Notes: generated by a model not told the origin, from the sequence alone. A DNA stretch of 64,000 nt from Steroidobacteraceae bacterium (GCA_036742455.1 DAINQU010000011.1:14081-78080); one strand, 5' to 3'; shown: positions 18,824-28,308, counted from the stretch's first letter. Numbers and translations are program-made.

Positions 18824-19710
18824 AGAACCCGTTTGCCCCCATAGGACCTGACGGCCGCCCACGCCCGAAGGACCACCTCACCACGGCGTTGTGCCTGGCG
18901 ATCGCCTGTCACGTCGTGATTTTGCTGGGGGTTGGTTTTCGCGGCACTCCTCGTTCAGAGGGAGATCCGACGGGCCTTGAGGTCGTTTTGGTACACGACC
19001 CCGTGGCGGATGCCCGTACCAACGCCCAGGCTGACTATTTGGCGGACGTGAACCAGCGCGGTGCCGGCACCGCCGACGACGTGCGGCGGGCCGAAACGGT
19101 GGGGGGCACGCCTGCGACCGGCGCTAACGGCACCGCTTCCGGCGGCAGCGATCATGCTGAGGGATCGGGCGAGAACGACATCCTAGCGACTCGCCAACGC
19201 GGCAATGCCACCTCGGCCACGCTCGCGATCGCGGCCGGTGAGCGAACGCCTTTGCTCGTGACACCTTCCGGGGCCGATGACACGTCGTTCGATACGGGGG
19301 ATGCGCTCGCGCTACGAGGGAAGCCGCGCAATGAGCTGGTCGTCACTGCCAATACACGGGCGTCGGGCGTGGCCGTTTACCTTGACGCATGGCGCCACCG
19401 AATTGAGCGGATCGGCACCGCGAATTATCCCCTTGATATCATTCGGCGCGCCCACTTAACAGGAAGCCCTATCGTTGAGGTCCGCGTCGGTTCCGACGGG
19501 CGCCTCGTTGACGCGCGGGTCGTTCGCTCGTCAGGCCACATCGCTCTGGATCAGGCAGCGATGAATATTTTGCGGCTTGCTGCGCCCTTTGAGCCCTTCC
19601 CCTCAGAACTCGCGGCAGCACATGACAGCCTGCGGCTCAGTTACGAATGGCAATTCAGCGATGGGGAATGGCGAGATTCTACGGTCCGCATTCCCGGGAA
19701 TACGCCCTAG
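18820..19710 (+). CDS. TonB C-terminal-domain protein (TonB3-like)
   Basis: N-terminal transmembrane anchor (LCLAIACHVVILLGVGF). TonB_C-like end (YPLDIIRRAHLTGSPIVEVRVGSDGRLVDARVVRSSGHIALDQAAMNILRLAAPFEPFP). The pilG-gshB-tonB3 synteny is known from Pseudomonas aeruginosa. GTG start overlaps the gshB stop. Confidence 0.7.
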   Translation: MKNPFAPIGPDGRPRPKDHLTTALCLAIACHVVILLGVGFRGTPRSEGDPTGLEVVLVHDPVADARTNAQADYLADVNQRGAGTADDVRRAETVGGTPATGANGTASGGSDHAEGSGENDILATRQRGNATSATLAIAAGERTPLLVTPSGADDTSFDTGDALALRGKPRNELVVTANTRASGVAVYLDAWRHRIERIGTANYPLDIIRRAHLTGSPIVEVRVGSDGRLVDARVVRSSGHIALDQAAMNILRLAAPFEPFPSELAAAHDSLRLSYEWQFSDGEWRDSTVRIPGNTP

Positions 19711-19750
19711 TCACCTTGTTCAAGGGCGGTAGTCGGCCGATACTACCCGC

Positions 19751-20323
19751 ATGACTGGTGATTACTTGACCAACCAATTTCTTGTGGCGATGCCGACGTT
19801 AGGCGACCCCAATTTTGCCCAGACAGTCACCCTAGTCTGCGAGCACAACAAAGACGGCGCTCTCGGTATCGTGATCAATCGCCCGATGGAAATGGCCATC
19901 AGCGCGGTGTTTGAGCAACTCGATCTTGCTGCGCAAGACCTACGCTTGCGAGACCAGCCCGTTCTCCGAGGAGGCCCCGTGGCTCCGGAACGCGGATTTG
20001 TTGTGCATCCGCCGGTGGGCGATCCCGGCCGTCCTTACGACGCCACACTCGCCGTTTCCCCTCATCTGCATGTAACGACGTCGCGCGATGTGCTGGCCGC
20101 CATCGCCCGCGGCGAGGGCCCCCCACACGCACTCGTAGCACTGGGCTATGCGGGGTGGGGCGCGGGTCAATTGGAGGAAGAGATTCGGTCCAATGCCTGG
20201 CTCAATGTGCCGGTGGATGACGCGATACTCTTCCACACTCCCTACAGCGATCGCTGGCGCGCCGCGGTCAAACTGCTAGGGATCGATTCCGATCGCTTGT
20301 CGCGCCAGGCAGGTCATGCCTGA
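19751..20323 (+). CDS. YqgE/AlgH family protein (UPF0301)
   Basis: NQFLVAMPTLGDPNFAQTVTLVCEHNKDGALGIVINRP is the family hallmark. Confidence 0.85.
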   Translation: MTGDYLTNQFLVAMPTLGDPNFAQTVTLVCEHNKDGALGIVINRPMEMAISAVFEQLDLAAQDLRLRDQPVLRGGPVAPERGFVVHPPVGDPGRPYDATLAVSPHLHVTTSRDVLAAIARGEGPPHALVALGYAGWGAGQLEEEIRSNAWLNVPVDDAILFHTPYSDRWRAAVKLLGIDSDRLSRQAGHA

Positions 20324-20777
20324 GTCTAACGCCCGGACGATCGTTGCCCTCAGTTTCGACTTCGGCATGAAGCGGATTGGAATTGCCGCCGGCGATAGTT
20401 TGACCTTGGCCGCTCGACCCATCGCAACGGTCGCGGCACGTAATGGGGTGCCGGACTGGTCTATCGTCGATCGCTACGTGCGCGATTGGGACCCCGCCAT
20501 TCTTATCGTGGGCGTCCCCTATAATATGGATGGGACGCCCACTGCATTGACCGACGCTGCGGGCGATTTCGCGACCGCAATCGGCGATCGGTACCACAAG
20601 CCCGTGGCTCAAGTCGATGAAAGGCTCTCGTCACGAGAGGCCGAAGACCAACTGCGGCAGCGACGAGCGAGCGGCGAACGCGGTCGTCGGGTTGCCCGCC
20701 GCGATATCGACTCGGTAGCGGCCACGGTATTGCTTGAACAATGGCTGCGCGAACGCAGACAGATGCCTAGGACCTAA
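20316..20777 (+). CDS. ruvX: putative pre-16S rRNA nuclease / Holliday junction resolvase-like RuvX (YqgF)
   Basis: LSFDFGMKRIGIAAGD N-terminus, VGVPYNMDGT, DERLSSREAE. Conserved position after yqgE. Confidence 0.85.
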   Translation: MPESNARTIVALSFDFGMKRIGIAAGDSLTLAARPIATVAARNGVPDWSIVDRYVRDWDPAILIVGVPYNMDGTPTALTDAAGDFATAIGDRYHKPVAQVDERLSSREAEDQLRQRRASGERGRRVARRDIDSVAATVLLEQWLRERRQMPRT

Positions 20778-20780
20778 ATC

Positions 20781-21755
20781 ATGCAACCCTTCAGCCAATA
20801 CGATGCCTCGGGGCGTCTTCGACACCTAATCACCCTCGACGGCATGTCCGGCGATGAAATTCGAGACTTGCTCGAACGCGCGCAAACATTTTTAGCGCCG
20901 CGAGGCAGCACACCCGTGCGAAGCCACTCACTGGACGGCATCACCGTCGGCAATATTTTTAACGAACCCAGCACCCGCACTCGGTCGTCGTTTGAGCTCG
21001 CGGGTCGGCGTTTGGGCGCCGACGTCCTGAACCTAGAAATCCAGTTGTCGTCGCGTGTGAAAGGCGAAACCGTCCTTGACACGATTCACACCCTAGAATC
21101 GATGGCCGTAGACGTGTTTATCATCCGCGATGCCGAACCCGGCATCACGCAACTGGTTGCAGAGCACGTGCAGGATCACGTGAGCGTCCTGTCGGCCGGC
21201 GAAGCGCACCTGTCCCACCCCACGCAGGGGCTGCTCGATGCGCTGACGATTTTTCGCCATAAGGGCGGATTTCGCGACCTCACGATCGCCGTTGTCGGTG
21301 ACGTGAAACATTCGCGAGTCGCCCGCTCGGCCTATCAAGTCTTAACGGCGCTGGGCGTGGGTGAATTGCGGATCGTCGCCCCACCGGCACTGATGCCGGC
21401 TGTGGATGAAATGCCCCAAGCTCGTCGATTTGACTCGCTCGAGGCCGGAATCGCGCATTGTGATGTGGTGATGATGCTGCGAGTCCAGAAAGAACGGATG
21501 ACTCAAGCTGCAATACCGGACTCCGCCGAGTATCACGCTCGCTGGGGCCTGACACTGCCTCGGCTGGCGCTCGCTCGCCCCGATGCAATCGTCATGCATC
21601 CGGGACCGATGAACCGGGAAGTAGAGATCGCCTCGGCTGTTGCGGACGGGCCGAGAAGCGTCATTCGTGAACAAGTCACCAATGGCGTGGCGGTCCGGAT
21701 GGCTGTACTGGAAACGATCATTACCAACCGCCGATTGCGCGGAGATATCGCATGA
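20781..21755 (+). CDS. pyrB: aspartate carbamoyltransferase catalytic subunit
   Basis: Motifs FNEPSTRTRSSFE, HPTQGLLD, VGDVKHSRVA, HPGPMNR. Confidence 0.9.
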   Translation: MQPFSQYDASGRLRHLITLDGMSGDEIRDLLERAQTFLAPRGSTPVRSHSLDGITVGNIFNEPSTRTRSSFELAGRRLGADVLNLEIQLSSRVKGETVLDTIHTLESMAVDVFIIRDAEPGITQLVAEHVQDHVSVLSAGEAHLSHPTQGLLDALTIFRHKGGFRDLTIAVVGDVKHSRVARSAYQVLTALGVGELRIVAPPALMPAVDEMPQARRFDSLEAGIAHCDVVMMLRVQKERMTQAAIPDSAEYHARWGLTLPRLALARPDAIVMHPGPMNREVEIASAVADGPRSVIREQVTNGVAVRMAVLETIITNRRLRGDIA

Positions 21756-22642
21756 GCAGCCAACATCCCGATCATCGGGGAAGCATTCTCGTCGAAGACG
21801 CTCGGGTGGTATCGCACACCGCGTGGGACGGCGGCCAATACGTGATCGTCCTCAATGCGCCACGCATCGCAGCGCGCGCTAAAGCCGGCGCGTTCGTACA
21901 CCTAACCTGTGACCCCCATCTGCCGATGCGACGCCCACTGTCGCTGCAGCGGGTCGACCCCAGCCGGGGCACGATTGAAATTCTGTATAAGGTGGTCGGC
22001 GAAGGCACCCGTAGGCTTTCGGCGGCTCGGGTTGGCGACACACTGTCCTGTATGGGCCCCATCGGCAACGGCTTCGCTGCAGATCCGACTCGTCCGCGAG
22101 CCCTCTTGATTGGCGGCGGAGTGGGTTTGCCGCCGATGGTCTTTCTCGCCGAAGCGCTCAAGGGCACCGGGGGATACCTCCCCATCGTGCTGTTGGGATC
22201 GGAAATCCCCTTTCCGTTTCATCCCATACCCTCTGCCCACACGGTGGTAGGCATGCCCGGCGGTGCGACGCATGCGCATCCGGCATTGGAGGAGCTCGGC
22301 ATCAACAGTCGACTCAGCAGTGGCGCGGGCTTCGACGGGTGTTATGCGGGCTATGTCACAGACTTGGCGAGCGAATGGCTGCAGTCTCTCGGACCTAGCG
22401 ATCTTGAACAGGTTGCCATCTACGCGTGCGGCCCTACTCCGATGCTCAGAGCAGTTGCCCGAGTCGCGCGCCGCTTCAACGTTCCTGCGCAAGTGTCGCT
22501 GGAAGAATTCATGGCCTGCGCGGTAGGCGGCTGCGCCGGCTGCGCCGTCCCCGTGACAACGGCCGACGGAACCTACATGAAGCGCGTCTGTGTGGATGGG
22601 CCTGTATTTAGCGCGCAGGAAGTATTCCCGGAATCCATGTGA
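21752..22642 (+). CDS. PyrK-like FAD/NAD-binding oxidoreductase with C-terminal 2Fe-2S motif (dihydroorotate dehydrogenase electron-transfer-subunit family)
   Basis: FNR-like motifs RRPLSL, LLIGGGVGLPPM and YACGPTPM. C-terminal cysteine cluster CAVGGCAGCAV...CVDGPVF (C-x4-C-x2-C...C). ATGA overlap with the pyrB stop. Confidence 0.75.
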   Translation: MSSQHPDHRGSILVEDARVVSHTAWDGGQYVIVLNAPRIAARAKAGAFVHLTCDPHLPMRRPLSLQRVDPSRGTIEILYKVVGEGTRRLSAARVGDTLSCMGPIGNGFAADPTRPRALLIGGGVGLPPMVFLAEALKGTGGYLPIVLLGSEIPFPFHPIPSAHTVVGMPGGATHAHPALEELGINSRLSSGAGFDGCYAGYVTDLASEWLQSLGPSDLEQVAIYACGPTPMLRAVARVARRFNVPAQVSLEEFMACAVGGCAGCAVPVTTADGTYMKRVCVDGPVFSAQEVFPESM

Positions 22643-22652
22643 GACGGCTTTA

Positions 22653-23339
22653 ATGAAAATCCAACTGACCCCTCTCGAGGCACGCATCCTAGGTGCACTC
22701 ATCGAAAAGGAAATCACGACACCGGATCAGTATCCGCTTTCGATCAATGCACTCGTCAACGCGTGCAATCAAAAAACGAATCGGGATCCGGTTCTCAGCT
22801 TGGATGAATCGACGGTACAGCAGGCGCTGGACGGCCTGTCTAAGCGACACCTGGTTCTAGAACGCAGCGGCTTTGGGAGTCGGGTCGTAAAGTATCGTCA
22901 CCGCTTGTGCAACGGCGACCACAATCCGATTCAGATGACGCCCCAAGAAGTCGCCATCGTTACCGAACTGATGTTACGGGGACCGCAGACCCCCGGGGAA
23001 CTGCGCTCCCGCGCTCAACGTTTGGCCTCGTTCACGGACTTGGGTGACGTTGAAACCACGCTGGAAATGTTGGCAACCCGGGAGGACGGTCCTTACGTGG
23101 TCCGCTTACCCAAAGCTCCGGGTTCTCGAGAGGCACGTTACTGCCAGTTGCTCACGGGCGAACCGGATCTCGAAGCGCTTGCACAGACCGCCCCTGCCAC
23201 GATGACCGTGACTGGCGGACCCGTAACGAGCGACGCGTTTGCGGAACTGCTGGCGCGCATCGAGGCGCTCGAGGCTCAAGTGAGCGCGTTAAACATCCGC
23301 CTCAATTCCGCGGATGCTATGCCCCAAGCCGACGCCTAA
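22653..23339 (+). CDS. YceH family protein (DUF480)
   Basis: MKIQLTPLEARILGALIEKEITTPDQYPLSINALVNACNQKTNRDPV is the typical DUF480 N-terminus. ATG at 22653 is preferred over the upstream alternative start. Confidence 0.8.
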   Translation: MKIQLTPLEARILGALIEKEITTPDQYPLSINALVNACNQKTNRDPVLSLDESTVQQALDGLSKRHLVLERSGFGSRVVKYRHRLCNGDHNPIQMTPQEVAIVTELMLRGPQTPGELRSRAQRLASFTDLGDVETTLEMLATREDGPYVVRLPKAPGSREARYCQLLTGEPDLEALAQTAPATMTVTGGPVTSDAFAELLARIEALEAQVSALNIRLNSADAMPQADA

Positions 23340-23357
23340 TCAGCCAACCGTAACGCC

Positions 23358-24485
23358 TCAGGAGAAGTTAACGCGCGCTTCCAAGTTAGCGCGCGAGTCG
23401 GCATTGCGGAGGGCTTCTTCCATGGTGACGCGGCCGCTTCGCACCAACTCAGTTAACGCGGCGTCGAAGCACTGCATTCCACGCTCACTGGAGATGGCCA
23501 GCGCCTCCTTCACGGCAACCGTGTCTCCTTTTCGAATGAGATCTTGGATATGCGGCGTATTCAGCAACACCTCGACGGCCGCATGACGCTGTTCCGCACC
23601 CCGGACCAACCGCTGAGCCAGTATCGCGCGCAGATACTGCGACAGGTCCAAATGGACCTGCGGATGCTCATCCCGAGGGAAGAAATTGACGATGCGATCG
23701 AGCGCCTCGGCCGCATTGTTGGCGTGGAGCGTTGCGATGCATAAATGGCCGGTTCCGGCGAGCGTAATGGCGGCGCGCATCGACTCTCGGTCTCGAATCT
23801 CGCCGATCAGTACCACATCGGGAGCCGCTCGCATCGCGCTGCGTAATGCACGATGCAGCGATTTTGTATCCAGCCCAACCTCACGTTGGTTGATGATCGA
23901 ACGCTTGTTTGCGTGAAGAAACTCAATGGGATCTTCGATCGTCAAAATATGATCTGACACCGTTTCGTTGCGGTGATTAATCATCGCGGCAAGGGTCGTG
24001 GACTTGCCGGAGCCGGTTGCCCCCACCATCAGCACTAGGCCTCGCCGGGCTAGCGACAGGTCACGGATGACGTCCGGCAAGCCGAGGGCGTCGAGTTTCG
24101 GCATATCGGCGGTCACGTAGCGCAAAACAATAGCCGGGTAGCCGCGTTGCATAAAAACAGCAACGCGGAACCGACCGAGACCGGGCTCGGAGACTGCGAA
24201 ATCAATCTCGAGTTCTTCCTCGAAGTACTGCGTCTGTTCCGGCGTCATCAAACCGTAGGCCGCGTCCCGAACCATATCCGGCGTCAAAATTTGCTTATTG
24301 ACCGGATAGATTTGCCCTTCGATTTTGATCTTTACCGGAGAATACGACGTAAAGAACAGATCGGAGGCACGCTGCTCCACCATGAGCCGGAACAACGGCT
24401 TGGTATTCAAGCGTACGTTCGGGACGTCTTCCGGCGCCTTCGACTCCTGCGACGCAGAGAGTCGATCGGACGACTCACTGCTCAT
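23358..24485 (-). CDS. PilT/PilU-family type IV pilus ATPase, second PilU-like paralog
   Basis: Walker A GATGSGKSTT, Asp/His boxes (TIEDPIEF, ATLHANNA). It lacks the PilT AIRNLIREGK motif and has HIQDLIRKGD instead. It also carries an extra N-terminal extension of about 25 aa. Confidence 0.8.
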   Translation of the reverse strand: MSSESSDRLSASQESKAPEDVPNVRLNTKPLFRLMVEQRASDLFFTSYSPVKIKIEGQIYPVNKQILTPDMVRDAAYGLMTPEQTQYFEEELEIDFAVSEPGLGRFRVAVFMQRGYPAIVLRYVTADMPKLDALGLPDVIRDLSLARRGLVLMVGATGSGKSTTLAAMINHRNETVSDHILTIEDPIEFLHANKRSIINQREVGLDTKSLHRALRSAMRAAPDVVLIGEIRDRESMRAAITLAGTGHLCIATLHANNAAEALDRIVNFFPRDEHPQVHLDLSQYLRAILAQRLVRGAEQRHAAVEVLLNTPHIQDLIRKGDTVAVKEALAISSERGMQCFDAALTELVRSGRVTMEEALRNADSRANLEARVNFS

Positions 24486-25629
24486 CGATGATTCTCAGCG
24501 AGGCAGCCTCTTCACTGCCTTGGGGATCGAAGCGCTTGCTTTCCAGCTTAATGCGTAGTCGCAACTCGTTTTTAGAGTCAGCGCTTCGTAACGCGTCTTC
24601 ATACGTGATCATTTCAGATTCGTAGAGCTCGTAGAGCGATTGATCGAACGTCTTCATGCCCATGCGATCAGACCTCGACATCACCTCTTTGAGTCCGTTG
24701 ATATCGCCCTTGAAGATCAGATCAGCGATCAACGGTGAGCGAAGCATGATCTCCATGGCTGCAATTCGGCCATGGCCACCTTCGCGAGGAATCAATCGCT
24801 GCGAAATCAATGCTTGGATATTCAGCGAGAGATCCATCAGCAGTTGTTCGCGTTTTTCATCGGGGAAAAAGTTGACGATGCGATCGAGGGCTTGGTTCGC
24901 CGAGTTGGCATGAAGGGTTGCCAACACGAGGTGACCGGTCTCCGCGAATTGAATGCCATACTCCATGGTTTCTCTATCGCGAATTTCGCCGATCAAAATA
25001 ACGTCTGGAGCCTGACGCAGGGTATTGCGAAGCGCGGTATGCCAGGAGTCTGTGTCGACGCCCACCTCGCGCTGTGTTACGACGCAATTTTTGTGCTGAT
25101 GCACATATTCAATAGGATCTTCGATCGTAACAATATGACCGCGGGTTTCAGCGTTTCGGTGATCCACCATAGCGGCCAACGTGGTTGATTTTCCGGACCC
25201 CGTGCCGCCCACCACAATAACCAGGCCACGCTTTAGCAGCGCCACATCCTTAAGGATCGGCGGCAAAGCCAATTCAGCCACTGAGGGGATTCGCGTAGCG
25301 ATCGTTCGAATCACACAGCCTGGATTACCTTGCTGAACAAAAGCGCTGACGCGGAATCGCCCTATTCCCGTCGGAGCGATCGCAAACTGACATTCCTTGG
25401 TTGCGTCAAATTCTCGCAACTGGCGGTCGGTCATGATGGAGCGGGTCAATGTTGCGCTTTGCTCCGGGGACAGCGCGCGCTCTGCTTGGGGTTTCACTTC
25501 GCCGTCGATTTTGATCGCAGGCGGGAAACCGGCCGTAATGAATAGGTCAGAACCTTTGCGCTCTACCATCCTGCGCAATAAATCCAGCATCAATCGGGTT
25601 GCCTGATCTCGCTCCATATGGGGATCCAA
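24475..25629 (-). CDS. pilU: type IV pilus ATPase PilU
   Basis: N-terminus GSDLFITAGFPPAIKIDG and GIGRFRVSAF resemble PilU. Walker A GGTGSGKSTT, TIEDPIEY, ATLHANSA. LIADLIFKGD replaces the PilT motif. Confidence 0.8.
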   Translation of the reverse strand: MDPHMERDQATRLMLDLLRRMVERKGSDLFITAGFPPAIKIDGEVKPQAERALSPEQSATLTRSIMTDRQLREFDATKECQFAIAPTGIGRFRVSAFVQQGNPGCVIRTIATRIPSVAELALPPILKDVALLKRGLVIVVGGTGSGKSTTLAAMVDHRNAETRGHIVTIEDPIEYVHQHKNCVVTQREVGVDTDSWHTALRNTLRQAPDVILIGEIRDRETMEYGIQFAETGHLVLATLHANSANQALDRIVNFFPDEKREQLLMDLSLNIQALISQRLIPREGGHGRIAAMEIMLRSPLIADLIFKGDINGLKEVMSRSDRMGMKTFDQSLYELYESEMITYEDALRSADSKNELRLRIKLESKRFDPQGSEEAASLRIIDEQ

Positions 25630-25644
25630 AGCGCGAATTCGCGC

Positions 25645-26685
25645 CTAGATGGACTCCTTATTTTGAGCTTTCATTCGCGCTTCCTCTTTTGAGACCAATC
25701 CCTTCATGACAAGATCCTGAAGCGATTGATCCAGCGTTTGCATACCGTAGGCCTGCCCCGTCTGGATCGCGGAATACATTTGGGCAATTTTCCCCTCCCG
25801 AATCAGGTTTCTGATCGCCGGGGTGCCGATCATGATTTCCTGCGCCGCGATTCGGTCTCCACCAATTTTCTTGAGCAAAATTTGAGAGATCACGGCACGG
25901 ACGCTTTCCGACAACATTGAGCGAACCATGTCTTTTTCGGTGCCAGGGAACACGTCAACGATGCGGTCGACGGTCTTTGCTGCCGATGACGTGTGCAGGG
26001 TGCCGAACACGAGGTGGCCGGTTTCAGCGGCGGTTAGTGCGAGGCGAATGGTTTCTTGATCACGCATCTCGCCTACGAGAATGATGTTCGGGTCTTCTCG
26101 CAGTGCCGAACGGAGTGCTTCGGAAAAGCCCAGCGTGTCGCGATGGACCTCGCGCTGATTGATTAGACAGCGTTTGGATTCGTGGACAGCTTCGATCGGA
26201 TCTTCGATGGTAATGACGTGGGACTGACGCTCGTTGTTGCAGTGGTCAATCATGGCCGCCAGCGTGGTGGACTTGCCGGAACCCGTGGGACCGGTAATCA
26301 ACACCAGCCCGCGCGGCAGCATACAGAGCTCCTTGTAGATACGCGGTGCGTAGAGCTCATCAAGGGTTTGTATCCGCGCAGGGATCAGGCGAAAGACGGC
26401 GCCGGCACCGCGGTGCTGATTGAAAGCGTTCACACGAAAGCGCGCCAAGTTCGGGATTTCGAACGAGAAATCGGTCTCGAAGAACTCCTCATAGGCCTTG
26501 CGCTGCTTGTCGTTCATAATGTCGTACACCATGCTATGTACTTCTTTATGCGACAGCGCCGGCATGTTGATTCGCTTAATGTCACCGTCAACACGGATCA
26601 TCGGCGGCATTCCAGCCGAGAGATGCAGGTCAGAGGCGCGGTTCTTGACCGTGAATGCCAGCAATTGTGAGATGTCGACGGGCAT
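25645..26685 (-). CDS. pilT: type IV pilus retraction ATPase PilT
   Basis: Starts MPVDISQLLAFTVKNRASDLHLSAG. Walker A GPTGSGKSTT, TIEDPIE, GTLHTSSA, and the PilT-specific AIRNLIREGKIAQM. At 346 aa it is the typical PilT length; the extension to 26856 is rejected. Confidence 0.9.
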   Translation of the reverse strand: MPVDISQLLAFTVKNRASDLHLSAGMPPMIRVDGDIKRINMPALSHKEVHSMVYDIMNDKQRKAYEEFFETDFSFEIPNLARFRVNAFNQHRGAGAVFRLIPARIQTLDELYAPRIYKELCMLPRGLVLITGPTGSGKSTTLAAMIDHCNNERQSHVITIEDPIEAVHESKRCLINQREVHRDTLGFSEALRSALREDPNIILVGEMRDQETIRLALTAAETGHLVFGTLHTSSAAKTVDRIVDVFPGTEKDMVRSMLSESVRAVISQILLKKIGGDRIAAQEIMIGTPAIRNLIREGKIAQMYSAIQTGQAYGMQTLDQSLQDLVMKGLVSKEEARMKAQNKESI

Positions 26686-26755
26686 TAGGAACTCCCGGAG
26701 CCCAAGCCTCCGATTCGGTATGAGCGGAGTATAGTCACGGGTAGCGTGTCTCCAT

Positions 26756-27457
26756 ATGTTAACTAATCCGCAATTTTCACCCTCTCGGCTCCTCGCAGTG
26801 CACGAACGCATCGAGGCGGCCGTCGCTGCCGCAGGCCGCCCGGCGGGCAGCGTCACGCTGATCGGCGTGACGAAGACGCAGTCGGCGGCGGTCGTGGAGG
26901 GGGCAATTCGGTCGGGCTTGCTTCAACTGGGCGAAAATTACCTCCAGGAAGCGTTGCCTAAGTTGGCGGCGCTAGAGGCCTATCGTGAGCGGGTGACGTG
27001 GCATTACATTGGCCAATTGCAGTCAAATAAGACGCGCCCGGTGGCCGAGGAATTTGATTGGGTCCATACGGTCGACCGCATCAAGGTGGCGGAGCGTCTG
27101 TCGGCACAGCGCTCGTTTCACGGCCCTCCGCTCAACGTTTGTCTGCAGATCCGGCTCGGTGACGAACCCACCAAGGGCGGTCTGCCCCCCGAACAAGCCA
27201 TTGACCTCGCGCATGCCGTGTCGGCGCTGCCTCGCTTACGACTGCGAGGCTTAATGTGTATCCCGCCGGAATCCTCCAGCCACGACGAGCAGCGCCGACA
27301 TTTCGCCGCAATGCGGCACTTGCTGGAAGCACTTAACGGCGCGGGTTTTGCACTGGATACGTTGTCGATGGGGATGAGCGGCGACCTCGAAGCGGCGATA
27401 ATGGAAGGCGCGACACACGTACGCATCGGAACGGCGATATTTGGTGAACGGGCATGA
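26756..27457 (+). CDS. yggS: YggS family pyridoxal-phosphate homeostasis protein
   Basis: Motifs LIGVTKTQ, GENYLQEA, WHYIGQLQSNK, LSMGMSGD, VRIGTAIFG. Confidence 0.9.
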   Translation: MLTNPQFSPSRLLAVHERIEAAVAAAGRPAGSVTLIGVTKTQSAAVVEGAIRSGLLQLGENYLQEALPKLAALEAYRERVTWHYIGQLQSNKTRPVAEEFDWVHTVDRIKVAERLSAQRSFHGPPLNVCLQIRLGDEPTKGGLPPEQAIDLAHAVSALPRLRLRGLMCIPPESSSHDEQRRHFAAMRHLLEALNGAGFALDTLSMGMSGDLEAAIMEGATHVRIGTAIFGERA

Positions 27458-28308
27458 GTATGAAGAAGCGGACTGAAACGTGGCCACGCGTGGCCGTCGT
27501 CGGTGGCGGCCAGATGGCCCGGGCGTTGGTTGGGGGATGGTTGGCGCGCGGAGCGCCGCCGGAAAATATCGCGATTGCGGATCCCGCGGAATCACAGCGC
27601 GACTGGCTTGCGCGACGTTTTCAGCGCATCGCCCTTCATACCGAGAATGCCACTGCCGCATCCCAAGCGGATGTCTGGGTGATGGCGGTCAAGCCGCAGC
27701 AGTTGTCGGACGTCGCGAGCGCTCTGGCGCCCTTGGCATCGCAACGGCGGCCGTTAGTGATTTCCATTGCCGCAGGCATCGGCGCGGCCGATCTTTCTCG
27801 ATGGTTCGGCGGGAACGCCACTGTCATCCGCGCCATGCCCAACCGACCGGCGCTGATTGGTGCAGGCGTTACCGGCCTCTATGCAGGAACCGAGGTCAGC
27901 CAGAAGGATCGCGACACGGCCGAGCGCCTTCTGGAGGCGGTCGGGACGGCGGTATGGGTCGGTTCGGAAGCCGACATCGATTTGGTAACAGCCGTTTCCG
28001 GCAGTGGTCCCGCCTATTTCTTTTTGCTCATCGAACTGTTGGAGGCTGCGGCCGTTGCTCAAGGCCTTTCGCCTGACGTGGCGCGCAAACTGGCGGTCGG
28101 GACGGCTGCCGGGGCTGCTGCATTGGCGAAAGCCAGCGGCGAGGAGCCTGCTGTCTTGCGCGAGCAGGTCACCTCCAAGGGAGGCACGACGGCGGCTGCA
28201 CTCGACGTTTTCCAGTCAGCCGGTCTGCAGGCCATCGTTGCTAAAGCGGTCGCGGCGGCCGCGGAGCGCTCACGGGAAATCGCTGCGGAATTCGGGTCGG
28301 CGCGGTGA
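27454..28308 (+). CDS. proC: pyrroline-5-carboxylate reductase
   Basis: Rossmann VAVVGGGQMARAL, then AVKPQ, RAMPNRPALIG, VSGSGPAYFF, VTSKGGTT. Confidence 0.9.
   Translation: MSMKKRTETWPRVAVVGGGQMARALVGGWLARGAPPENIAIADPAESQRDWLARRFQRIALHTENATAASQADVWVMAVKPQQLSDVASALAPLASQRRPLVISIAAGIGAADLSRWFGGNATVIRAMPNRPALIGAGVTGLYAGTEVSQKDRDTAERLLEAVGTAVWVGSEADIDLVTAVSGSGPAYFFLLIELLEAAAVAQGLSPDVARKLAVGTAAGAAALAKASGEEPAVLREQVTSKGGTTAAALDVFQSAGLQAIVAKAVAAAAERSREIAAEFGSAR

Noticed and set aside
21902-22717. 271-aa minus-strand ORF opposite the PyrK-like gene
   Set aside because: It runs antisense to a gene with clear FNR and 2Fe-2S motifs. Its composition is low-complexity Arg/Ala/Gly, so it is treated as a shadow ORF.
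26686-26856. 57-codon N-terminal extension of pilT
   Set aside because: It would overlap the divergent yggS start. PilT homologues begin at the MPVDISQLL-type N-terminus, and the resulting 346 aa is the canonical length.
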